Shown here piece by piece: positions 9,604-22,847 of a DNA stretch of 64,000 nt. Below the pieces are notes generated by a model. That model was not told the origin of the DNA, did no database searches, and saw only the letters and a program-made list of their open reading frames with translations. The stretch spans positions 43,216,001-43,280,000 of the forward strand of contig OZ249436.1 in NCBI GenBank assembly GCA_965235115.1, given 5' to 3'. The stretch's first letter is position 1. Each line of letters starts with the position of its first letter. The DNA is from Laetmonice hystrix. Lineage: Eukaryota. The translations under genes and the position numbers were made by a program.

Positions 9604-12600
9604 CTAAAAAAGGAGCTTTGGTGGTCGAGCAGGACAATGGACCCTCCCCCTACACACATCTTTTTGAAATGAGACGGAATCCATATTTTCCTAGTTAGAG
9701 CTACACATGATTTCTACCGAACATTGACTGTTAAGGTAATCCTGGCGTGTAGGCGTCCACCCATTGTCATAGAGAATGATGTATGTATATGTGTAGGCGT
9801 CCACCCATTGTCATACAGAATGATGTATGTATGTGTAGGCGTCCACCCATTGTCATACAGAATGATGTATGTATATGTGTAGGCGTCCACCCATTGTCAT
9901 ACAGAATGATGTATGTATATGTGTAGGCGTCCACCCATTGTCATACAGAATGATGTATGTATATGTGTAGGCGTCCACCCACTGTCATACAGAATGATGT
10001 ATGTATATGTGTAGGCGTCCACCCATTGTCATACAGAATGATGTGTGTATATGTGTAGGCGTCCACCCATTGTCATACAGAATGATGTATGTACATATAT
10101 GTAGGTGTCCACCCATTGTCATACAGAATGATGTATGTATTATGTGTAGAGGTCCACCCATTGTCATACAAAATGATGTATGTATATGTGTAGGCGTCCA
10201 CCCATTGTCATACAGAATGATGTATGTACATATATGTAGGTGTCCACCCATTGTCATACAGAATGATGTATGTATTATGTGTAGAGGTCCACCCATTGTC
10301 ATACAGAATGATGTATGTATGTGTGTAGGTGTCCACCCATTGTCATACAGAATGATGTATGTATGTGTAGGCGTCCACCCATTGTCATACAGAATGATGT
10401 ATGTATATGTGTAGGTGTCCACCCATTGTCATACAGAATGATGTATGTACATATATGTAGGTGTCCGCCAATTGTCATACAGAATGATGTATGTATATGT
10501 GTAGGCGTCCACCCATTGTCATACAGAATGATGTATATGTGTAGGTGTCCGCCCATTATCATACAGAATGATGTATGTACATATGTAGGTGTCCACCCAT
10601 TGTCATACAGAATGATGTATGTATTATGTGTAGAGGTCCACCCATTGTCATACAGAATGATGTATGTATATGTGTAGGTGTCCACCCATTGTCATACAGA
10701 ATGATGTATGTATTATGTGTAGAGGTCCGCCCATTGTCATACAGAATGATGTATACATGTACATATATGTAGGTGTCAGCCCATTGTCATACAGAATGAT
10801 GTATATATATATGTGTAGGTGTCCACCCATTGTCATACAGAATGATGTATGTATATGTGTAGGTGTCCGCCCATTGTTATACAGAATGATGTATGTATAT
10901 GTGTAGGTGCTCGCCCATTGTCATACAGAATGATGTATGTATATGTGTAGGCGTCCACCCATTGTCATACAGAATGATGTATGTATATGTGTAGGTGTCC
11001 ACCCATTGTCATACAGAATGATGTATGTATATGTGTAGGTGTCCACCCATTGTCATACAGAATGATGTATGTATATGTGTAGGTGTCCACCCATTGTCAT
11101 ACAGAATGATGTATGTATATATGTAGGTGTCCGCCCATTGTCATACAGAATGATGTGTGTATATATGTGTAGGTGTCCACCCATTGTCATACAGAATGAT
11201 GTATGTATATGTGTAGGTGTCCACCCATTGTAATACAGAATGATGTATGTATATGTGTAGGTGTCCACCCATTGTCATACAGAATGATGTATGTATATAT
11301 GTAGGTGTCCGCCAATTGTCATACAGAATGATGTATGTATATGTGTAGGTGTCCACCCATTGTCATACAGAATGATGTATGTATATGTGTAGGTGTCCGC
11401 CCATTGTCATACAGAATGATGTATATGTGTAGGCGTCCACCCATTGTCATACAGAATGATGTATATGTGTAGGCGTCCACCCATTGTCATACAGAATGAT
11501 GTATATGTGTAGGCGTCCGCCCATTGTCATACAGAATGATGTATGTGTAGGTGTCCGCCCATTGTCATACAGAATGACATGTATGTATAGATCTATGTGT
11601 AGGTGTCCACCCATTGTCATACAGAATGATGTATGTGTAGGTGTCCACCCATTGTCATACAGAATGTCTGTAGGTGTCCAGGCGTCTGCCTACTGGTCGG
11701 TAATTTCCGGGTTGGGGTGGTGGTGATGGGTAGTAGATTAATTTCCGAAGTGCTACATGATATCTGCAGGGGTTGCCATGCAACCAATATGACAGACGCA
11801 TTTATTTTAGCCTGTATCTTCACAGAAATAGATTCTACCATCTGCATTGTACCGTAACTATAATAATCTTCCAGGAACTAATTTCATCTCGCAGCTGCTG
11901 CTGCAGGATTAAAATATACCATGCCAATTTGGTTTTTAAGGACATCCCTAATAACTAACATTTCTATTCTACACTCCTAAAAACTAATGTATTTAAAAGA
12001 AAAGGCTGGTCCCAGTTTCTGCAGGTCAGGCACACAGGCCGTGAAATTGTAAGCAAGTTAGAAAAGATTTGAACACATTTGGTGCTCAAATAGTTAAGGT
12101 ATAAGGATTTTAGTGCCGGAACTTCCGGAAAATTCCACAATGGCGGCGCTGCTGAAGCCGGTGTGTTTGACAGAAATGTCATGTTCGACATATGACTTCT
12201 TGAAATGGGGGGACATTTATTTCCAACCACTAGGCCTACTGTGAGAGGTGAGTGTACATGTATAGGCCTACATGGAGGCCTTGCAGTGGTCCAAATGTGA
12301 CTTTCAGCAAGCCTTTTCCTTTAAAGGGGAAAAATGCGAGAAATAATAAAAATGTTAGCTTGCGATTTTCTTAACCATGGCGGTCATGAAGACCTAGAAA
12401 GAAATTGACCCTTAAACTGCGGCAAAATAACAATTGACATATATTTTCGCCGCCTGCATGTCCAATAACCCAAGTTGAAACGGTTTCTAACAGCGACCCC
12501 TTTAAGACGAAATCCTGGAGCTGTATATGCCTACTATGTATGGCATCCGGGAGACGGCGAGCGCTGGGCCGAGCAGGGCATCACTCAGCCCTTCCTACTA

Positions 12601-13741
12601 CTTTCAATCACTATAAACACCCCGTCATGGCAACCCATAGATCACGTCATTAATGGAGAAACTGTCTACAACAACTCGACGGTCTGCCGTGACTGGTCCC
12701 GCCTTGCCCACACTCACTCGTTCAGGTGTCCCTCCCTTAATTCGTTCCCATGGTGACCATAACGACGTCGCTGTCAGTTAATCAAGACGCGCGATCGCAC
12801 GCTGATTGACGGCGATAAGGAGCGCCATCTCTCGGTGGAAACAGTTGTCAATCTCTGATTTATCTTTCCGTACTACACCCGGTTTTCAGCACCCCGCTGA
12901 CCAGTTAACACCCCCTTCTTCACCCCTAAACACCCGCCTGCCAGGCACCCTCCACCTCTGACCGCTACATTATAGTGAAATATTAAAATGGGATTTATTA
13001 CTTCTTGTCTGGACTGGCCCCCATTACACAATTAGCAGACGCTAGCGTCCCTTAAAGCTAGGCCTACATCACATCCTGATTTGTAAAAAAAACCATTATT
13101 AAAGCATAATGCACTCATATTGACCCGGTAATTCTGACGCACCTATAGGTCTACCAGCGAACAAGACACAACTTGGGTTCTTCCTTAGAAATGCCTCCCA
13201 GCGATCAAATGATGCTTTATGTCAGGTTTAAACAGTAGATCTACGTGCTAAACTCAATATGGCATGACGGTGCGAGGTTTCGGCGTTTTATGCCGTTATA
13301 ATAATATGCCATAATGGTACGCCACCTAGAAGGCCTGCCATCATGACACAAAAGCACCTCAACCCCTCGCCGCAATGTACTATCGACTAATTAGGCCTAC
13401 AATAACTTGTGGGTTGGTGGAAAACCAGGTGGCATGTACAAATTGGGTGGGAGTTAGGTATGTATAGAGGTTTCTATTTTCGGTATCCGTTTTCCATGAC
13501 CAAGGATTCAGGAGACGGTCCGGTCTATGTTGCCTGCTGGGAATCAGATTAACGTGACAAGGTAATAATTAATTACCTGCCTCAATAATTACCACACTCT
13601 GCTACAAGTGTAAACACCTGTCAGCGACCATATCCCGGTACCCATACCGACCTTCTCAATCAGGACCAAAAACAAGGAGGAGGAGAAAGAAATGAATGAT
13701 TTAGCCATGACGAAGTTGTTCGTATTTCGGTATTTCGTATT

Positions 13742-13881
13742 TCGACTCCTCGTAAGATCTATGATGGTGACATGGTGACCACTCCGGACCTGACGACATC
13801 CCTAACGGATCGCGACATTAAAATATCGACTCCTCGTAAGATCTATGATGGTGACATGGTGACCACTCCGGACCTGACGAC
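13742..13881. repeat. ~56-bp direct duplication
   Basis: tcgactcctcgtaagatctatgatggtgacatggtgaccactccggacctgacgac occurs twice. Confidence 0.85.
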
Positions 13882-13972
13882 CATTAGATTTTATCGATGA
13901 AATGTTGTCCGGCCACCATTAACACAAACACAAGGTCATACTAGAGTCAATAGGAATGTTTCCTATTGAATA

Positions 13973-14828
13973 TATCGGGTGGATAAAAAAAAACGCCCCG
14001 AACTTTAAACTTTAATATCTCAAAAACTATGCATTATAATTTAATAAAATTTCTCTTAATATCACTTCATGATATTATCTCTGGTATGTTAAAGGCTAAG
14101 CTCAATAGCTTTGATATTAATCCTGTGGCCCTAAAAACAAAAATCAGTGTCTAAAAACGCAATGCCGGAATTAGGTCAAATATCATGCAGCTGCCAGGTA
14201 TCCAATTTGACATCTGTTTGATGCACCGCATTGTATCTTGGGTAAAAAAAAATTCAAAATCTCGTTTTTGCTGTTGTACAATATGTATAATGTTGAGGAC
14301 CACTAGATATAATAAAATATGTGCTATTCCTAGTACTTTTAGAGAAAACAGATGTTTAATGTGCCAAACCCTACAGAGAAACTGCAACATTAGGATGATA
14401 TGACTGTAACGAGAAGTTCAAGGGAAATCGTATCATTATCACGTTTAGCAACACATTCAGAACGTTGTGTATTTTGCAATGTTGGGAAGATATTTCCCTA
14501 TCAGAGATCGGGAAGTGCATTGGCTCATGGAAAAAGAGACTGAGAGCAGTATGGAGTGAAAACGGGGGACCGATTGACCACCTACTCTAGTGTGAGGCCA
14601 GGGACTCTGGTGCGACTACCACTCGCTTTAGCCCGGCATTGCGTTTTTGTACAATGATTTTTGTTTTTAGCCCCACGGAAATATTATCCAAGCTATTGAC
14701 TTGTAACATAAACAACTAAGAGACAACATCATGAAGTGATATTAAAAAAAATTTCATTGAATTACAATCATTACTTTTTGAAATATTGAAGTTTAAAGTT
14801 CGGGGCGTTTTTTTTTATCCACCCGATA
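13973..14828. mobile_element. Tc1/mariner-like non-autonomous element with ~200-bp TIRs
   Basis: TATCGGGTGGATAAAAAAAAACGCCCCGAACTTTAAAC... / ...GTTTAAAGTTCGGGGCGTTTTTTTTTATCCACCCGATA; inverted similarity continues to ~14170 vs ~14631; TA at both ends. Confidence 0.85.
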
Positions 14829-16108
14829 GGTGACCTTATTAAAGGGTAATTAAAACACACCTTGGTTATTCTCCTCCGTGTTAAAAACTCCGCACGGTAA
14901 TTCAATAATTTTATTGGCTGGGAAGGAGTCAGCAGAAATTATATTTCGTGTAACACCGTCGTCTTCCTCCTTCGGATAATTTTAAACGTCAAATTAAAGT
15001 TACAAGGTTCTTTTGGGGTGCAACATCGTTATATACACATGTATAACATAGGGTTGAAACACTAAAGCTCGTTCCACCAAATAATGATGAGCATTATGAA
15101 CTACCACAAGAAACATTTTCTTGGACCGTCTGAGTTTCAGAAAGTGAAGCAAATGTTACATTATTATACAAAATATTGTTGTCGATTGCGCCCGTGGTGT
15201 GGCATGTCACAATTCTGGTAACCCGAACATTTGTATGTTGTTTACATTGAACCATGGTTTGGAGAAGTTCTGATTCCGTAGATGTGCTTCTGGCATTTTC
15301 ACATCTACTTCGCCAATTGAAAAGGCGTGCGAAAGTTTCATAATATTAGAGGAAGCGTTTACAACTCATCAAAGTGAAAACGTTGTAAAGTGGCCTGATG
15401 TTTCGCCACAGGTCAAACAGGACAAAGAAGGGATGGAGAATTAGCATGAACTGTATTACAATACATTACTCCGAAAAATGGACAAAGGTATTTTACAACT
15501 TCCATGGCACTGACTCTGTTACTGGCCATCAGTGTCCTGACCTGAGCACTGACTCTGTTACTGGCTTAGAAATCAACTCTTTGACATCCTCGCTGACGTC
15601 CACATAAATGTATTCGAATGACCACAAGTTCCAGTCCAACATTATTCACTGGTAATGAATTTACGACGCAGACCTGGTACAGAGTGGAGGAAAGGCGAGG
15701 GGGTCGCCCCCGGATTTTTTGTCGCATAAATTTGCATCCTTTACTTGGTGAACTCTGATGCCTACTGAGTGGAAACAATAGATGATGCATCTCTTTGCCA
15801 GAGGCAGACTCCTGTAATGGTGCAAATCTCAGACGGTGAGGCTTTTTAAGTCTTTTCTGGTGATTGTATGCAACTTCTTCATAAAACAGCTGACCGGGAA
15901 GTCAGGCGACCTGGAGTCCTCGTGACCGTTTAATATGACAATAATACATGTATAACTTATAAACAGAGTAACATCAGAGACTTTCGTATTAATGGGAATG
16001 CTCCGGGCTCCAACAATCCAAGTCTGCCCGTCCGCGTGGCTAGATCAGTCTGTTATTGTTGGTAACAGACTCTACCGTCAGTAGTTATATTGTAAGAGTC
16101 TATCCCAT

Positions 16109-16992
16109 CCAATCCCAAGTATGTCCAACTTTATTTTCTAGATTTCTATCTGTCTAGTTGAGATAATAAATCTAGATTTCTATCTGTCGTGTTGAGATAA
16201 TAAATTACCAATCCCAAGTATGTCCAACTCTATTTTCTAGATTTCTATCTGTCGTGTTGAGATAATAAATTACCAATCCTAAGTATGTCCAACTCTATTT
16301 TCTAGATTTCTATCTGTCGTGTTGAGATAATAAATTACCAATCCCAAGTGTGTCCAACTTTATTTTCTAGATTTCTGTACGTCGTGTTGAGATAATAAAT
16401 TACCAATCCTAAGTATGTCCAACTTTATTTTCTAGATTTCTGTCCGTCGTGTTGAGATAATAAATCTAGATTTCTATCTGTCGTGTTGAGATAATAAATT
16501 ACCAATCCCAAGTGTGTCCGACTTTATTTTCTAGATTTCTATCCGTCGTGTTGACTGTTGACTTTATTTTCTAGATTTCTATACGTCGTGTTGAGATAAT
16601 AAATTACCAATCCTAAGTATGTCCAACTTTATTTTCTAGATTTCTGTCCGTCGTGTTGAGATAATAAATCTAGATTTCTATCTGTCGTGTTGAGATAATA
16701 AATTACCAATCCCAAGTGTGTCCGACTTTATTTTCTAGATTTCTATCCGTCGTGTTGAGCTAATAAATTACCAATCCTAAGTATGTCCAACTTTATTTTC
16801 TACATTTCTATCCGTCGTGTTAAGCTAATAAATTACCAATCCCAAGTGTGTCCAACCTTATTTTCTACATTTCTATCCGTCGTGTTGAGATAATAAATCT
16901 AGATTTCTATCTGTCGTGTTGAGATAATAAATTACCAATCCCAAGTATGTCCCACTCTATTTTCTAGATCCGTCGTGTTGGAATAATAAATT
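16109..16992. repeat. ~65-bp minisatellite with partial units
   Basis: ccaatcccaagtatgtccaactttattttctagatttctatctgtcgtgttgagataataaatta repeated, with ~35-bp truncated units. Confidence 0.92.
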
Positions 16993-18519
16993 TTCAGTTT
17001 GATCTGTTTTATTATATAAAGAAAATACTGTCTACGAAATGGGTCGTAGCTTATATTCCACTGTAGTTTTTTTAGAAGTGTAATGAAACACGTAAACCCA
17101 ACATGAGTACTAACATAAGCAAGAACCATCCAATAAAGGCAATCGATCTTTGTAATGAACTGAAAATCTTCCACAAAAACTGTAACAGAAGCGCGAAGAG
17201 ATGACAAGACGCCACAGTAATACCCAGGGTACCATAGAGATTACGTAGTTATAGCAACCGGTCAATATCAGACGCAGCATCAGAAACTCCAATCGTTCCA
17301 ATCACCGTTACTGCAATTACTACGCGGGAAAGCAATAAGCAGAGAAAAAAACTTTGTGGGCTGCCGATTAAATAAAACTATTTGGAAAAACGGCTTTGTG
17401 ACTGCCTTCCAATAATGACAGGGCTGGGAGAAATCTTTACACATGGCTGGGTACTTGTAATGTCGGCGTCAGTGATTGACTTACAAGGAAGAAGTTCCTG
17501 GCCGATTGATAACCTACATTCGCACAATTACTGCACACAATACCGCATGAAAGGCCCCGGGCAAAACCAGGACAAAGTCTAATATCATACAGCCAGCTTC
17601 TTATCTGGTTAAACAACAACTCACATTCCTTCATCAACCTTTGGCTCTCAGATGGCTTTTGTTAGAAAGTGAAGATAATCGGCCAATTAAATAGTAATGA
17701 TATCATTCAGTGAGCACGAAATTACGTAATAGTGGAAATCACCCGATCACAGCGCCGTCTAGCGTCGCTTTCTGACATTTTACAGCTTTGCTTGTGAAAT
17801 TGGGTTGGTCATAAAAAATGACTAGCGGTATATCTTTAACCATTTCACACAGCTAGCCGAATTAATCGAATCTTTCGTAGGGGTAGGCACAGGTGGGTAC
17901 TTTTAGGGCTGTAGCCAGAGGTTGATGCAGGGAGGTACTACCCCTGGCTACGGCCGTGACTTTCCATTAGACAAATTATACCTGCTTAATAAGTTTACTA
18001 CATTTATACGATTTATTTATAAAGTGATGCTACCCTCGATCATGAATGCCATGACCGTGGACATGATCTTCACTGGGGAATAACAGACACGACTCCCACG
18101 TGTCTACGGATGGAGTCAGCCCCAAGGGGTGGGGTGCTGGGGTGCTGGGGTGCTTCCCCTACCAGCTTCCTCTCTCCGTAATTACAGAGGAGCTTGTGTA
18201 AGCTTGGGCTCCGATAACATGTAATCGTCATATTCCTACTGTGCACCCGTCGACCCGCCACTCAATGTAACACAAGCTGCCATAGGTTGGTTAAACCAGC
18301 CTGGGTGCTGTAATACAAGCTGTGATAGGTCGGTTTTGGTTTTAGTCGTCGGAGTTAGAAACAAAGGCAAGATCACGTAGAGTAAAGTGGGCTGTGGGCC
18401 TGGAGGTTAAAGGTTAGACATACTTGGGGTTAAAGGTCACTGCCTTCCGAACGTACTCTGAATACTATTACACCCAACCATTTCAGACCACAAGGTGAGA
18501 ACGCAAGGCGCGCATGTGC

Positions 18520-18810
18520 CATTAAAAAAAATAGACCCCACCTTCACCCAATAGGCCCCCACCCTACATTTAAAAAAATAGACCCCCACCCAACATTAAA
18601 AAAAATAGAGTCAACCTCCACCCAACATTAAAAAAAATAGGCCCAACCCCAACCCAAAAAAAATAGACCCAACCCCCACCCAACATTTAAAAAAATAGGC
18701 CCCCACCCAACATTTAAAAAAATAGACCCCCACCCAACATTAAAAAAATAGTCAACCTCCACCCAACATTAAAAAAAATAGACCCAACCCCCACCCAACA
18801 TTGAAAAAAA
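18520..18810. repeat. Degenerate ~30-bp A/C-rich repeat
   Basis: cccacccaacattaaaaaaaatagacc repeated ~9 times. Confidence 0.85.
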
Positions 18811-18972
18811 GACGTCTGACCCACATCACGGTGGTACCCCGGCTGGGCGTCCCGGCATGCCTCACTGCTTCCCGTGACCAGTGGCCTCAGGCCGCCAACC
18901 ACAACAAAGTGACGGGGTCAACGAAGGTCAACCGATCGCTGATACACCGGTAACCGCATACATAAGTCTACA

Positions 18973-18976
<4 letters not shown>

Positions 18977-19013
<37 letters not shown>

Positions 19014-19110
19014 GTCTCCCTCTCTCTCCCTCTCTCTCCCTCCCTAGCTCCCCTCTCTCTCTCTCTCCATCTGTCTCTCTCCCTCCCCTTTCTGTCTCTC
19101 TCTGTCTCTG
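18977..19110. repeat. (CT)n microsatellite
   Basis: CT runs. Confidence 0.93.
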
Positions 19111-21597
19111 CAGGAGCAGGACCAGGAGGAGCAAGAGCAGGAGCAGGAGGAGATGGGAAGGGTACAGGAAGAGGAGATCTATGGAACCCGCAGATGGAGC
19201 GTATCCTCATGAATGTCTCGGTCCCATCCCATTCCGGTTGGTAGTTGACGGGGGGCGGTAGGGGTTGGGGTGGGTTTACGGGGGGCTATAATGCCCCCCA
19301 GACAGGCATACAGCCAGGCATACAGACAGACGGACAGAGAGACAGTCGTACTGTACCAACTGACCGTCTGTCCGCCCTACCGCGCGGTCTGAGCGTACAA
19401 TAGTTTGTCATTAGTAAACGATAGCATGACAGAAGAAGGTTACACAGCGGTAGCAGCAGCAGCTCGACCATCTCCAAACACTTTACCACGAGCTGGTTTA
19501 TTAAAGGCCGGCGTGTAACACAGGGTCTATGCATTGTTACACGTTAAGGAACCCTTGCCATGGACAGGGCGTTGTCCCGGTGTGCTTGTTTCCTATGTCT
19601 ATACCTCCTTATCATCCCAACCCTCCCACCCATCCACACCATAGCCTGAGAAGACTTGTTCTCGCCTTACCTCTTTCATCCACACCATAGCATAAGAAGA
19701 CTTGTTCTCGCCCTGAAGAGGGCCAACAGCTGCCGGCAGGACGGCAAGCAACCAATCACAACCATCACAACATCTTGGGAATGTCAGGTCTACATTCAGT
19801 CCGACTCAATGATTCACTGTCCTCACACATCACCACCACTCCACGCCTCCGTGTAGTTGCCACTTGTATAAGAAGTAGTCAAATGAACTGTTGCGTGGCC
19901 AATAAAAAGATAACAATACGCATACTGAAATATAAGATCCGAAAATATCACCCTGTGAACTCCTAGTCTCCGTCTCGTGTCGAGATCCTTGGGAATTATA
20001 TAGCATTTCATCAGAAACAGGACAAAGTAGTGTCCACTCGGCACACCGTTCGACTGACTGACGTCATGTCTCGGCTGTACGACGGAGGTCGCCATGTTGG
20101 GGGGGGGGGGGGGATTCGAGAAGGATATATGTATTTTGAGAAATTAGATTTGAACTATGTGCCTGTGCGTAGGGGGAAATTCGACTATTTACTGCTCATC
20201 TCTACATCCGCGATGCCGCTTTACACGAATTTGCGCAAATCCTGGGGAAATGGCCGCTTCATACATCCGAGGATATGACCTAGAAACAGCCAATCAGAAG
20301 CAGCGTCGGTGTTCCGAGTGAGTAGTGTCCTGTCTGACCAATCAGAGAACCTATGACAGTTCCTGATTGGCTGGCACTCTGGTCTCTGTATCGTGATTGG
20401 TTGAAGTAGACTGGTTCCTGGTCCTGTCGCTAGGTGGATAGAATATGGCGATCGGTAGCGGCCGGTTCATCTTGACATAATGATTGGTCAGTGTTTTATC
20501 TGACCTGATTTATATATTTTGATGAGGGGTGTTGACTGAGGGCTTCTGAAAGTAAATCTCTGTTCCACGTCTTTTGTTTCCCACCACTAAAACACGTTTT
20601 AGTAAAGGTGAAGGTCGACAAAATAATCTCGAACCCGCTTCCGACCACTCTCCACACAGATCTGAAAGCACAGGCCCATGGTGAAACAAGACAGGAAGTG
20701 GATGCCCTCAGCTGGGAGTTTGACTTCCGGTCACAAGCAGATTTCTGCCTGTTATATCCGCCCAATATGATCCCGATATTCTAACCAGCTATAGCGATGG
20801 AATCGGGAACCAGTCTATAGTTGAAGTAGATCGTACCAAAGAGGGCGTCGAGTAGGATCCAGAGTAGTCCTACGTTTTTGAAAAACAGTTGCGGCAACAG
20901 TGCGGGTGGCCATGAGAAGTTTCCCGGCAAACCTACAGCCATGGTCGTTAAGTTGGGCCACCATTCAAGTCGCACTCTGTTTGTGGAGAAATTAATGTCC
21001 GTCTAGCAACACTAGTGATAAAACTTTCTTCTCTGAGTTCCACGCGGTTTGACTTTGAATGATACTTTCAATGATATATTGTTCCCCGCCTTATAACTGT
21101 TCTTGCTGGCAGTAGCAGATTTGATTGAGTCAAGGAATAATTATTTTTGATCAAGAGGCGATAGCCATTTCATGTACATGTAACATATATACGCAAGGCT
21201 AATTCACGGCTAAATTCACAGTCAATCACACGTATGCCAATCACACGTGCGTACGTGTGGGAGGTCCTGGGGTCACGTGTACGGCGCGTGGTTTCCCACA
21301 GTCAACAGGAATGTCTGTAATGTCGACATTGAAGTATTGGGGGGGGGGAGATACCGAAACGGGCCGACTGTTACAGCATCAGGTAATATACAGGATATAG
21401 ATCAAGGAGAGGAGAAACAGGAATTTGAAGAGAAAGAGTAAGAGGAGGAAGAAGGTGGTGGGATTTCAATCAATCAAATGGTTCGTCACATAATTCATCC
21501 TATATTAAAATTCTGTTTCATTTAATTCGATGGGTTGTATAGTGAGGTGATTGTACATGTCGCCATATTCACATGTCTGGACCTGTCAGGATAGAAC

Positions 21598-21715
21598 CAG
21601 AGAGAGAGAGAGACAGAGAGAGAGAGACAGAGAGAGAGAGAGATAGAGAGAGGGGGGAGAGAGGGGGAGAGAGAGACAAAGAGAGAGACAGGGACAGAGA
21701 GAGACAGCGAGAGCG

Positions 21716-21767
<52 letters not shown>

Positions 21768-21780
21768 CGAGACAGAGAGT

Positions 21781-21816
<36 letters not shown>

Positions 21817-21878
21817 AGAGAGTGAGAGACAGACAGAGACAACAGAGGGACAGAGACAGAGAGAGACGGAGGGACAGA
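21598..21878. repeat. (GA)n/(GACA)n microsatellite
   Basis: GA runs. Confidence 0.95.
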
Positions 21879-22477
21879 CTGCCTCAACTCCGAAAGCTTC
21901 GTTTTTTCTCTTCTCAAGGTTAAATTCACTGAACCTGAAGTCCTACCATTACCACGCGACACCCACGACATGTGTTCCGCAGTTAAAAAAGACCCCACCC
22001 AAAAAAAACGACCCCTGGCTGAGTGATTTGCCATGATTCCATGAAAACGGTCTAAAGCATGTCGCCTGTCGATGAAAGGGATGGGGGTGTGTCGTGACCG
22101 TGCTCAACACCTCCCAGGTGTGCTTTTAAAAACACAAGGCCGGCCTGGGGTGGCCGTGGGGATGAGCGTCCAGGTCAAGTACCGGCCTACCTCAGGACCG
22201 TCCCGGGGGTGGGGAGGTGGGGGGGGGGTGAGTCTGACCACAACACAGTTCAGTGTGATATGTGTGAAGCGATAGAATGGACCCACTGTATTTCAAACAT
22301 GTCGTGTGTGACAGTCAAGGTCCTTCTTGATTCTATTTTCCATTGATCAATGCTCACCAGCACGTACCACCTACAATGGTGTCCAATCAGGGGCCTGGTC
22401 GTCTTGCTTGATTTGCCATTACGTCGAGCCTCCTGTGAGGCCATGGTCCTTTTTATAGACGCTTCTCAGTGTGCCTA

Positions 22478-22636
22478 ATGGTGCCGCGGTGACTCGATGG
22501 TCTCCGGATCTTGACCACAGGTTACTTGTCTAAGGTCGGTGGTTCCCCCGGGTACTCCGGTTTCTCTCCGCTAATAAAACTGACTACCTCGATGACCGTG
22601 GCTATTGCTGAGGCGTAAACCCCAATTAAAATTCAA
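22478..22636 (+). mobile_element. Degenerate tRNA SINE with V-domain-like core
   Basis: Core ggtcggtggttcccccgggtactccggtttctctcc followed by aataaaactgac...ggcgtaaacc tail. Confidence 0.65.
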
Positions 22637-22847
22637 AATCAGTAGGCCCTTATATAGTAGATGCTGGCGACAGATGCTGCGCGTGGAGTGCCAGAAGGAT
22701 TCATGCAGTCACCCCTCCTCCACCTCTGTACCTCCTCCACCCACCACCCACCACCCCACCACCCCACCACTTGGTATCAAACACCTGGAGAGTGCACCCT
22801 CCTGACGTATCGTAATGCCACACGTTCCTAGCGTATCTGCCCACTGA

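Larger units (their letters stand above)
9093..9746 (+). mobile_element. Candidate tRNA-bearing TRIM (LTR - 11-bp spacer - LTR), or tandem dimer of a tRNA-derived repeat
   Basis: Two identical copies at 333-bp period: 9093-9414 (TGTA...GGCA) and 9426-9746; spacer cTGGCGTAGAC; each copy has minus-strand A and B boxes. Confidence 0.55.
7052..11680. repeat. ~40-46-bp minisatellite array (~90 units) interrupted by an insertion
   Basis: Unit ccacccattgtcatacagaatgatgtatgtatatgtgtagg(t/c)gt with TA/TG length variants; interrupted at 9093-9746. Confidence 0.97.

Noticed and set aside
7400..11726. Many Cys/Tyr/Met-rich ORFs on both strands
   Set aside because: Translations of the 44-bp satellite; frame-shifting units, no domain.
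15060..15920. Coding-looking fragments (also 23568-23990, 54681-54899, 56040-56450)
   Set aside because: Multiple stops and no motif I can recognise; a BLASTX search would be needed before any call.
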